A DNA stretch of 64,000 nt. Source: Paraspadella gotoi (Eukaryota > Animalia > Chaetognatha). The stretch is taken from the NCBI GenBank assembly GCA_051294375.1, contig CM119267.1:9726163-9790162 (forward strand), in the 5' to 3' direction. The position numbers were made by a program, and so were the translations under genes. The notes below the pieces were generated by a model, which was given only the letters and a program-made list of their open reading frames with translations, was not told where the DNA came from and searched no databases. Every line of letters starts with the position of its first letter. Position 1 is the stretch's first letter. Positions 53,189-64,000 of this stretch are shown piece by piece.

Positions 53189-55951
53189 TCTCCCTCTCTC
53201 TTTCTTTCTACCCCCTTTTTTTTTTAAAGTCTAAAAAAATCGCCTTTGATCCTTTTGCGTCTTCGTCGAAGCGAAAAAAATGGAATTTCGAACGACGGGG
53301 AAGAAAACGGGACAAAAATGGATAAAAAAGGACAAAGAGCTGTAGACAAAAACGACAGAGAGAACATGAAAGGACCAAAAAATAACAAATACATTAAGAA
53401 ACGAAATACAACAGAGCTATGAGTTGTTTTTTTTCTTTCTGGAGACTCAGTTGTTAACATCAGGTTAAACTATTTTCATTTTTAAGTAAACAAAGGATAG
53501 CAGACAGAAATAAAAATAATAAAATAAAATAAAATAAAATAAAATAAAATAATAAATAAAATAAATAAAATAAATAAAATAAATAAAATAAAATAAAAAT
53601 AAAATAAAAAAAAATAATAAAATAAAAATAAAAAAATAAAATAAAAATAATAAATAAAATAAAATAAAATAAAATAAAATAAAAAAAAAAAAATAAAAAA
53701 ATAAAAAATAAAAATAAAAAAATTAAAAATTTAAAAATTCATATTAATTTGAATCGTGCTTTTGTCCGTCGGGTGCCGACTGCCGAGTTCACCGGGAGTC
53801 TTTGAAAAATCAGCATCTGTCGTCACCGACGCCGCGGCGTCGGCTGCGGCGCCAGCTGCCAAACATCTAGGACATCCGCGGCGTTCATCCGTCCCGCAGT
53901 TCGGTCGATGAATTGGGACGAACAAATAAGGGATTTGAATGGAGAATGGAGAAAAAAATCGTTGGGGATGAAAGGAGAGAAAAAAAAAGGAGCAAAGAGA
54001 AAAAAAAGAAAGAAGACGAAGAAAGGAAAATAAAAGCGAAAGTAGAAAGAGAAGAGAGAAAAGAGAAGAAAGAGAGAGAAAAGAGGAGATAAAGGGAGAA
54101 TCGAAAAGTGAATGGTATAACTTTGAGAGATATGGGTAGACAAAGATAGACGGACAGACCAAAGAAAAAGATAAGAGGCAAAGAGAGAGAGACTAGACAA
54201 GGTTGAAAAAACATACGAGAGAAACTAAGACACAGCCAGACGGAAAGACAGACGCAAAATGCAAAATGCTTCGGCCCCTTTTTCCTCTCTCCCCTCTCAC
54301 GAATGCGTCGACCCGTCTCAGAAAATCATTGGCCGGGCCATAAAAGTTGGCTACATCACCTGTAAGGGAGCCTTAAGGCTCGAACCTACACGCCCTCCCA
54401 TGAAAATATAAAAGCGCGACGAGAATGTAATTATGCGTCGTCGTCATCGTTACGAGGGGGCGTGGCGAACGTGGCGTGGGGTAAACGTAACATCGAGGGG
54501 TTTCGGGTAAAAAGGGGACAGCGAACGGCGACAACAGAAGTGTAGAAGAAACGATAACGCCGTGGAGAGAGTGTTTCGGCAAAGTGGGCGTGCCCGCGGA
54601 AGAGGGAGAAGGACGGAAAAGTAAGACGAAGAGAAAAGGAATGTAAACCTTTCACGGCAATCGACACTTCCCCCCGTAATCCTCTCTCCTCCGCCACCGA
54701 TCCCCCAAATCTTCGCGTCCAAATTCTCGCCTTGGGCCAAGAATACATTTCTCTCTCTCTCTCTCTCTCTCTCTCCCTCTCTCTCCGCATTCATCTGCAT
54801 TCATCTCAATTTTCGATTCGCTCTTCTCGCTTTTCTCCGATGTACCGGGAATCAAACCGGCGATTGGGTCGAGTGGCTTCGGTCGTTGGAGCGTGAACAG
54901 GAGGGTCGTGGGTTCGAGTCAACGCGCAGGAAATCTGACCTCGAAGGATGACTCTGTCCGAGGATGGGTGATTTCTTGAGGAGGATTAAGTTTTAACTGA
55001 ACTCTGAAAAGATGCGAATTAGGAAAGAGACTAAAGTACAATTAAAACCGATAGATACAAAATCTGCATTTAGTACCAATAGGAAATTACAAACGTCTTT
55101 CAACATCTTCCTTCTTTAAACCGGCAGAAAATTGGCCGCCAATTAAAATTTAGAACAAAAACGCGAGAAAATTAAACCCACTAGCGACATTTATTGCCAT
55201 TGGCGATGCCAAATTGACAACGACGCACCGGCGGGGCAGAAGACACCGACTTTCTCGCTCACGTGACCGACGCAGATGCCCCGGGCTACGAGACTTCCCG
55301 GCGTCCGCCCGACATTTCGTTAGCGGCGTCGGACGTCGCCCGACATTTCGTCGGCGACGACGTCAACGTCTTCATCAGCATAAGTTTGGATCGATTCGAG
55401 NNNNNNNNNNNNNNNNNNNNNNNNNTTTGTCGCGATTGTCGAATGCAAATGAATTCCGAATGGAAGCGACAGGCGTTTGGAATTAATTCCCGGCAACGTC
55501 GTCGCACTCTCTGTCTTTCTTTCTCTTCGAATTCTCTTCTTGTTATTCTTTTCATTGTAATCATAAATTTTTGTTATAATTTCAATCAATCTTCGACATT
55601 AAAAATAATTTTTAAAATAAGTCAGAAAATGAATTAACTACTAGTTTAAGATGTANNNNNNNNNNTGAATTCCGAATGGAAACGACAGGCGTTTGGAATT
55701 AATTCCCGGCCACGTCGTCGCACTCTCTCTGTTTCTCTCTCTCTCCTTCTCTCTCTCTCTTCGAATTCTCCTCTTGTTATTCTTTATGAAGTCAAAAACA
55801 AAAAAACGGCCTTGAGACTTGGTTTAGACGATTGTCGCTAACATTTTCATTGTAATCATAAATCTTTGTTATAATTTCAATCAATCTTCGACATGCAAAA
55901 TAATTTTTAATTGAGAAAATGAACATAAACTACTTTAACTAGTTAACTAGT

Positions 55952-58900
55952 TTAAGATGTATTAGGAAACTTGAAGGGGTCTTCAAACTGCGCGTTCGTA
56001 AAGTCGTTGAGAAGCCTAAGTTTTTGGGCAAAGGTAATTTTTAACAAAATGAGTCAAAAACATTTGACGAACTTCAAGCTTAAATTGACCAACCTGAAGA
56101 GAGCGTGATAGGCCGTGACCAAAGCGCCATCTATCCAAACCGGTTTGAAGGAGAACCCGTCGCCGGCAAAGTAAAGGCCTGAGATGAAATCATTTCAAAA
56201 AAGACGCTTCCATGAGCTAAAAGAAAAAGACTCGCCTTTTGGGGAATGTGTGACAAACTGTTGCAGCTTTTCCAAGTTATGTTGACCCCAGGCGCATAGC
56301 GGAATGTTCATCCAAGGTTCGATCGCGTAACTTCCAGTAAACATTTCACTAACGTTCACGTTTGGGTGGAACCTTTGTAATTTGTTCAGCGTCATGTTGA
56401 TAACCGCCTAAAGAGAGATGTCTATTAAATCATTGCAACAATTTGAATTTAATTGAGCGATAAAAACGATAAAACGATAAAAACGCATTACCCAAACACC
56501 TTCTTCATCGCTTTTTGAAAGAATGCTGTATTTTCCTTCATGATCGTTTAACAAATGAGCAATTGATGAGGCAAAATCCAATAAAGGGTACGAAAAAACA
56601 ATATTCCCAGATTGCTTTGTATGCCGAGGATAGTAAAATCCCATAATATTGTCAGTCGTAGAGACGTAACCTGTTTAAACGTAATCTTTAATCAAAATAA
56701 ATTAAAGTAAAAGAAAGAAGTTATCAAGAGTTCAAGACAACGCTGAAAGAGAGCGGTATGTTTCCTAACCTTGTTTATCACCAACTTTGAACTCTCCTAG
56801 GTTATTGGAGGTATTCTTCCAAAAGGGAGTTTTAAATTCGACAAAGATTTTCATTGCTTGCCCGCTCTTTAAAAAGTTAGTATGCGAAAGAGACAAGTAT
56901 TTGGATGAAGATATTGCAATTTTACCAAGATCCGTTGCAGAAATGGTTGAAACAACGGCATCATAAGTTCCAATGACACTGTTGCAATTTTTAACTTGTA
57001 CTGCAATTATGGGGAGAAACTAATACAACAACAAAAAATAATTGGCTATTCATTATTCAACATACCGTCTCCGTTTTCTATCTGTTTAATATCCTCAACC
57101 GGGCTGAGCCATTTAAACGTGGTCTTCACTTGGCCAGAATTCATTTTTAAAAGTTCATCGTAGAAACAAGTATATGCATCCACGGATTGCTTTTCATGTC
57201 GCTTAGGCTTCCGAAACAAAGAAGTGAGACCATTCCTCAGAGTATACATGCCGTTTTCTTGCCACATCTTGGAAAGCGGTCCGATTGTAATTGGAAACCT
57301 GACAACAATCAAATATCTCACAATGCACCAATTTGCGAAAGCTAAGTGCTGGACGAACCTGAAAAATAAATAAAAACGATATAAGCTCCAATAGAGTTTT
57401 ATTATTGAATCGGGCCATCCTTTGTTAATGAGAAATTCTCGATACGACACGTTCCAAAAATCTTGAAATTTCATGAAAGCATCAAGTTTGTCGTTCAGTT
57501 TACTAAAAAAAATAAAAAAAGAAAGAAATAACTTAGGCCAAAACATTTTTGTAACGAATGAGTTAAACCACGCCACATAAATACCTGGGGTCCTTCATGA
57601 AAAGCACAGAATGATTCTCAGTCCATTTCAAAATCTCCCGAACCGTGCACATTTCAAAAGCTAATTCCAAAGATCCGTTGTATTTTCGTCGCAAATTCAA
57701 AGCAAAATCTGGATTTAACGATTCCACCATTTTCAAGGCGTAATCATTAATAGTTTCTCCTTTTACGGTTCTGAAACAAGACGAAAAGTTTAAAAAGGGT
57801 TTGACATCTCTGCTGATATCAGTGAAAAACGAAATACCCGTTCTTTTGTTTAAAAATGTTTTCGCTAAATCAAGTCACCTGTAGATGTCGTCTTCAGATC
57901 TGACAAAGAACGTTCCAAAGAGATCGGCGCCAGCCTGACGCATATTGAATCTGACCACGGGGATCTTAAACTTCTTGACGTAGTGGCGAACGAGCATTGC
58001 CGGAAAGTCTTCGTCACGGACTTCCGCGAAGGCGCCCTCGCCGTGCACGAGAGACTGCATCTCCTCATCGCTCATCGATCTGACGTCGCAATTGATTCCC
58101 GATCTTTCGCAAATCCTGATTAGTAAAATTTCGAAGGCAAAACAACGACCAACATTTTTCAAAATGAGACAAAAACTGCAGATTTACTTTCCGCAGCCTA
58201 TCTGCTGCAGATGACCCAACCCACCAGCCATATTTGCAGCGGAGGTCTTCCTGCGGTATCATCGGCAGCCGCATCGCTCCTCCTTCGCCGAATGCGTCGT
58301 CGTCTTCGTTGGTCCAAAGGTTCGGGAGAAAGTCTCCCTTTTTACCTTAATTATTGTTTTAAATATAAGTATAATATACGATTTAAATGATTTCATTTTC
58401 GTACCTATGGTTTTAGCCTTTCCGCCGAGTCGATTTTCCTTTTCAATTATTGTTATTTCTACAGAAGATCCAGATTCGACAGCGTACTTAGCCAACTCAT
58501 AAGCCGTGGTCAACCCTGTCATTTTGTTGATAATTTCGGATAAATTACTGTTTTATGTGATACGTATTAGGCAAGAGTCTATACTAGTTTTAAAAAAGTT
58601 ACTTCATCTGCATCAACATCAACATGCCGACGCATGTAAACTGAAAATTAACAGTGCCCTCTGTAAAAGTCAGTATAAGGTAACCTGTGGCGCCTGCGCC
58701 GACGATTCCGACTCGAAAAGTCTTCTCATCTCGCCCTTTCAGTCGGCGGAGCTCGAATCTCTGAGCGAATCCGTCTTCAGCCAAACTCACGAGGTCCTTC
58801 CACCAAAAATGTTCGAAGGAGAAGAAAGAAAAACGATCCGCGCACGCTGATAACAAAATAAAATACTACGAAAATGAAAATATAAAATTGGTACACCCAA

Positions 58901-59109
58901 TATGAAAATTGTCCATAAAATTATTACATGCATGTATTAGTATATCAAAACAAATAATTTTGCATAATCATGTTATAAAGTTTCCCGATATGAGTAAATG
59001 TGTTGAAAATTAATTACCAACCTGATTTATTGAATCCTTGCGAGACGCTTCGGTCAAGCTCGGCGAAAAGCGAAAGAATGACGACGAAAGTCAAGTATTT
59101 CAGGTTCAT
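55952..59109 (-). CDS. Secreted flavin amine oxidase / L-amino-acid oxidase-family protein; 12 exons (59109-59022, 58846-58685, 58515-58405, 58345-58225, 58115-57879, 57770-57585, 57502-57066, 57000-56770, 56670-56492, 56407-56236, 56178-56094, 56015-55952), ~690 aa
   Basis: Signal-peptide-like MNLKYLTFVVILSLFA; Rossmann RVGIVGAGATGLTTAYELAK; IIEKENRLGGKAKT (GG motif); EGGAMRLP; YDAVVSTI; KIFVEFKTPFW; LYFAGD...WIDGAL. All exon phases are consistent. Confidence 0.9.
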
Positions 59110-59380
59110 ATTCTGTGTTGAGAATAAAAAGTAAAGACTGAAAGATTATGGCTTTTATGCGGAGAAAATTTTGCTCTAAAGGTCAGAGGGAAATGAATTC
59201 TCGACTCATCTCGGAATGATCCAATAAGATCAGGCCAATCGTATTCCGACTGTTTCTGAATTTGAAATACGCCTAAAAACAAGTTTTAGCAAACAATGAC
59301 GGATCTGCCCACGATCATTAGCGGTAATTAATTAATTAATTAATTGATATAAACTATATAGACTAAAATAATAATTGTTA

Positions 59381-59612
59381 TTATTGTCGTCGTCGCCATC
59401 ATCGTCGTCGTTGCTTTTGTCGTGATCAGTGACGGAAAGACCTAAAAACAAACATTTCAGATCAAATTAATTAATTTATTAATTAAATTATTATTTTAGT
59501 TTATATATTTGTATTAATTAATTAATTTGATCTGAAATGTTTGTTTTTCGGTCTTTTCGTCACTGATCACGACAAAAGCAACGACGACGATGATGACGAC
59601 GACGACGATAAT
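59381..59612. repeat. Long inverted repeat/hairpin (~95-bp arms, ~40-nt AT loop)
   Basis: Arm 59381-59476 is the reverse complement of 59516-59612 with a few mismatches. Confidence 0.9.
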
Positions 59613-59838
59613 GCCGATAATGATTGACTTGATTGATTGATTGATTGATTAAATAATTAATTAATTTATAAATAAATTGATTGATTGAATAATTGATTGA
59701 TTAATTGGCCGTTTATTTTATTTAATTTAATTTATTAATTAATCGACTAATTGATTAATTAACTGATTAATTATTTGATTAATTAATACATCTTGCATTT
59801 ACATTTAATATAAAAATAAAAAGAAGCATAATCAATTA

Positions 59839-60115
59839 GTGAAATAGGTTTTTTTGTTTTTTCCATTTAAACTCATTTCCACTCAGACCATTCCATCGAA
59901 ATTTTATTTCCAGCTTAATCATTCACTTTCCGACTCACATACAAAATTTCAAGTCAATCGCCCCATTCACTCATGAGTAATTGACGTTCAAACAGTGAAA
60001 AAGATTTTTTTGTTTTTTCCATTTAAACTCATTTCCACTCGGACGATTCCATCGAAACTTCATATATATTATACAGCTCAATCACACACTTCCCTACCCA
60101 CACACAAAATTTCAT
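59839..60115. repeat. Diverged ~115-bp direct repeat pair (59839-59951, 59995-60114)
   Basis: Shared TTTTCCATTTAAACTCATTTCCACTC.GAC.ATTCCATCGAAA...ACAAAATTTCA. Confidence 0.8.
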
Positions 60116-60239
60116 TCTGTGGTGGTTGGTTGGTTCTGAAGTCACACTCCGCACGTTACAGCTTCCATCGGATCCTCGACATTCACCCTCCTTTTCTCTT
60201 CGAGCAAAAAAAGTTTACATTGTGTCTCGTGAGGAATGT

Positions 60240-60818
60240 AGATCACGTGACCGTAATGACCTACATTCGTCTTCCGGATGCCGTATTAAAGGGGAAAAAA
60301 TAAGCATTAAGCAGTTTTATAAGCGAAATACAAATACGTTATAACAATTAAAATGGATCCTTGATTTGCATAGTTAAGAAACTGACGTCGTGGCGTTAGA
60401 TGAGTTTTCTTATAAACAAAATCGATCGACAAATTTATGTTGGAGACGTCGATAGCGTCCAACGTCGAATGTCGATTGCTGAAAATTGTTTTCAACGCGG
60501 GGGATCACGAAGCGTTGACTCGATCAGCGCGCGAGTCGAAAGCACAACTGGATCACGTGACGTTGTGTGACTTTCGCCGATCGCGAGACCCGAGCGATAA
60601 CACGTGACCTCTGAGTCACCGAGAGTGGCCCCGCTGGCTGCGGATTGTAAGGAATCAGAAATCGCGGAACGAGGCGGCGCTAATGGGGCGGAACCGGAAG
60701 AAGGAAGCCGGAATAGGAAGCCGGAAGTGAGAGTGGAACTCGATAGGGCGAGCGACGTTAAACGCTAAAAGTTAAGTGCTTGGACAAAGACTGTGGCATA
60801 AGATGAAATCGTGTGTGA

Positions 60819-60882
<64 letters not shown>

Positions 60883-61320
60883 AGTTAAAAATAAAGGGGG
60901 CAAAAGATATATAGGAAAAGAAAAGAAAAAACTAAAAAGAGAGAGCGAAACCAAAATCGGATTAAAGAAACTCTCCATTTAAATCCTTGAATAGATTTTG
61001 AAAAATGAAAATCTCCAAGTTGGAGAATTCCACGCAACGGAAAAGCCAAAGAGCTCAAAAAATCTCGGCAACTGTTTTGGGAATTTCTCCTCACGTCATC
61101 ATGAGAAAAAAATGAAAATTCCGCATGAAATTTCGAGGCTGTTTCGACTATGACTTTTGTACAAACATAAACTAATAAAAGTTATTATTCTATTATTATT
61201 CTTCAATCTTTAATGAAAATCCAACCATCCCAAAAATATAGTTTTAACGAGGTTTCGTTTAAGTCACGTGACTTCGTCATGGAAATCACGTGGTTTCGTC
61301 GTCGAGGTCACGTGATTATT
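60240..61320. promoter_or_regulatory. CpG-rich promoter-like region with six CACGTG E-boxes, clustered ETS sites and a GC box
   Basis: CACGTG at 60244, 60554, 60601, 61265, 61287 and 61309; CCGGAA at 60694, 60708 and 60721; GGGGCGG at 60685. Target gene not identified. Confidence 0.45.
60817..60883. repeat. (GAAA)n microsatellite
   Basis: Directly visible. Confidence 0.95.
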
Positions 61321-61449
61321 TCTTCTCCGTCGCCAACGACTTTCATGAGGAAAATCCATGAAGTTTATGGGACCGAATTCTGAATGCCTCACTAAATTGC
61401 ATCTAAAGAAAGGAGAACAAAACTTCTATCACCAAAGAAAATTTCTCTC

Positions 61450-61521
<72 letters not shown>

Positions 61522-62217
61522 ACACACAAAATTGGCAAAACACGGTCATTTTTAAAAAAATGCAGGGATCCGCCACGGTTGTCCCCCATTGTCACCGTCG
61601 TCTCTCTTTTTTCTCCACGCTTCGTCGACGTCTTCCATAAACCGGAAGTGATGAATGACGTCAGAGTTGGACGTCAAGTTTTGACTATGATGACGTTATC
61701 GTCTCCCGAAGTTGATTGTACGATAATCGTGGGGCGTCTCCAATCGCGACCTCGACGGGGCGACGATGAAAAACGTCAATCCTCGTACAGCGAGAAGCCG
61801 CGTCGACCGAGTAGAAGGCAAAGAGAATAAGTTATGAAAATAAAATGTTTATATTTATGAAAGTTTTTCTGGTAAGGGAAAGATAAAAAGGTAAGTAAAT
61901 ATTGCTTAAAGTAAAATAGAAAAAAATCTATATTAACGATTCGCCTTCAAATAAGCTTCTTTGACTCTAATCAATATTCCTAAACACCCCCACTATTAAA
62001 AAAGCCATTTTAGGATAAGCCGCTCCAACGGAATGCTTCATTTCCTCAGTAAAATCCAATAAAGCTTTCGTTTCACGATAAGAGGCAGTTATCGATCGCG
62101 TATACGAAAGAAAAAAGTGATAGGGCGTCGCAGCGTGATATTGCGTCCAATGTAAGGACCCGACAAAGTAAAACCACGTCATAGAAAGTTCGCGTCAGAG
62201 AGAGAGAGAGAGAGGAG

Positions 62218-62285
<68 letters not shown>

Positions 62286-63648
62286 CACCTCTTCGCTTCG
62301 TTCGCTTATCGCTTCAACTTTTTTTTTCTTCCTTCGGCTTCACGTCCAAATCTCAGCCTTTCACTTTTCTTTCCGATTAGAACCAAAAGGAAAAAAAAAG
62401 TGTTGGCGCCATCAGATCTCGTCAGAGTGTGGCGCGACCTTGAGAAGGGATCGGCTCGGTCGCCACGCCCACTCATGGCGCCACGTGTCGCGGCACGCCC
62501 CCTCCATTTCACCCGAGCGTCGCGTCGCGGCACTCCCTAGGGAAGGTGTCTCTCTTTATGCCTATTCAACCGCATCCTTTGCGAACAGCGCTGTTGTATA
62601 ACCTTCCTTTGGATAATCTTGACGGAACAAAAATTATTTTTCTTTTTCTTTTACTCTCACCTCTAACTCCATTCACTCTTTTTTTTTTGTGGTCCCACCT
62701 CTTACCCTATCCGTCTTTCGTTTTATGTGCTCGTATCAAATATGGCCTTCTTCTCCGCCTTCCCCCGCCCCCCTCCAATGCCAGCGCCGCCGACGCCGCA
62801 TCCGCGTCAATCCCCTCCGGCGTCGCAGGCGTCGATATGAATCGAGGGGGCGTCGCCGCTCGGCGGCGCCGCGAGTCCGAAGGAGGATCGAATGGACGGC
62901 AAATGGTCGTTCCGCAATCTGCAATGGCACCGTCGATCAACGAACGAAATCCGATGAACTTTACAAAAGGAGAAAAAAAAACTTTGGGGTCTTAGAAAAG
63001 AGCAAAAAAAGTGGCCTCGCGGGCGTCGAGCAGTTATATACTAAAAACCAAGGAAAAAAGTCTTATTATTTATGGAAAGAAATTGCTTTTTGAAGGCCCG
63101 TCCCCGGCTACGAGGCGAAAAGGCCTTTGGAAAGTGTTAGCGGTTTTACTGCAGCATTTTTTTTACGGCTCTCCTCTTAAAAAGGCGGGAAACGAGAATG
63201 CCAATGAGGCAGAAAAGACCGAGGTTGAGTCTACATTCACGCCCCCCCCCTGGCCCCCCTCCTATTGGGACACAAAAAATAACTTGAAAGGCAGAGAGCG
63301 CCTTGAGATCCTTTATGCAGACCTGAGCTAAAAATAGAAGAGAATTTAGAAAATGCAAAGGCATCTGTTTAGTCTACATTTTGCCAGAAACATAAAAGAA
63401 TAGAAACAAGTAAGAAACACTAAGGTTTGACGCGTCTATCAATAGTACGTACGTAATAGAATTTTCTCTTTTATTTTATCATTTCATTATACTATTATAT
63501 TTGGTTATAAGGTCAACTTTTAACACATAATTCATTAAGAAATGATAATAGGGAAGAAGAAGACAAAAGGGCCAAAGACAAAAAGCTGCATTTAGTCACG
63601 AACCATAAATATTTCACGCTCAATGGAACGAGATGCTTACTGCTATAG

Positions 63649-63682
<34 letters not shown>

Positions 63683-64000
63683 NNNNNNNNNNNNNNNNNN
63701 NNNNNNNNNNNNNNNNNNNNNNNNNNNNNNNNNNNNNNNNNNNNNNNNNNNNNNNNNNNNNNNNNNNNNNNNNNNNNNNNNNNNNNNNNNNNNNNNNNNN
63801 NNNNNNNNNNNNNNNNNNNNNNNNNNNNNNNNNNNNNNNNNNNNNNNNNNNNNNNNNNNNNNNNNNNNNNNNNNNNNNNNNNNNNNNNNNNNNNNNNNNG
63901 GGGATGTCGGGGTTGGGAGAACGTCTTGACGAGGAAGATAAGAGTAAAAACCAATGAGGATTTAGCGAGGGGAAGAGGTTATCGATAATGAGGGAGGGTA

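Larger units (their letters stand above)
44181..55131. repeat. 5.5-kb direct tandem duplication (copy 1 44181-49655, copy 2 49665-55131)
   Basis: Colinear, near-identical copies offset by ~5484 bp; differences are mostly 1-bp indels and microsatellite length. Confidence 0.95.

Noticed and set aside
55335-55385. Minus-strand CTGATGA...GAAA motif
   Set aside because: Stem II cannot close next to GAAA and there is no valid stem III or cleavage triplet.
55447-55961. ~200-bp direct duplication flanking the 10-N gap
   Set aside because: Typical unmerged contig overlap.
62550-62620. Minus-strand peptide YPKEGYTTALFAK resembling a sulfatase signature
   Set aside because: Stop codon a few residues later and no other sulfatase motifs.
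63011-63331. 106-aa ORF, possibly a decayed LINE 3' fragment
   Set aside because: No diagnostic RT or endonuclease motif visible.

Overview
Draft-quality eukaryotic (invertebrate-type metazoan) genomic DNA: AT-rich, dense in (GA)n, (GAC)n and (AAAT)n microsatellites, with 10 N-gaps. I assembled five spliced genes by hand with phase-consistent exons. These are two tandem, divergent class-2 DYRK-like kinases (minus strand, 3 exons each), a 4-exon rhodopsin-class orphan GPCR (plus), a 13-exon C2CD6/ALS2CR11 (CatSper-tau)-like gene (minus) and a 12-exon secreted L-amino-acid-oxidase-family flavoprotein (minus, with a GC-AG intron). Non-coding features include a minimal type-I hammerhead ribozyme inside a ~155-bp inverted repeat with a TSD-like flank (two copies), tRNA-derived SINE-like elements, a degenerate tRNA-Lys, two HINE/DINE-like elements and a long hairpin upstream of the oxidase. 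There is also a 5.5-kb tandem duplication and a 0.7-kb inverted duplication, either of which may be an assembly artefact. Most ORFs in the supplied track are microsatellite artefacts. Family assignments rest on motifs recalled from memory; no database search was run.
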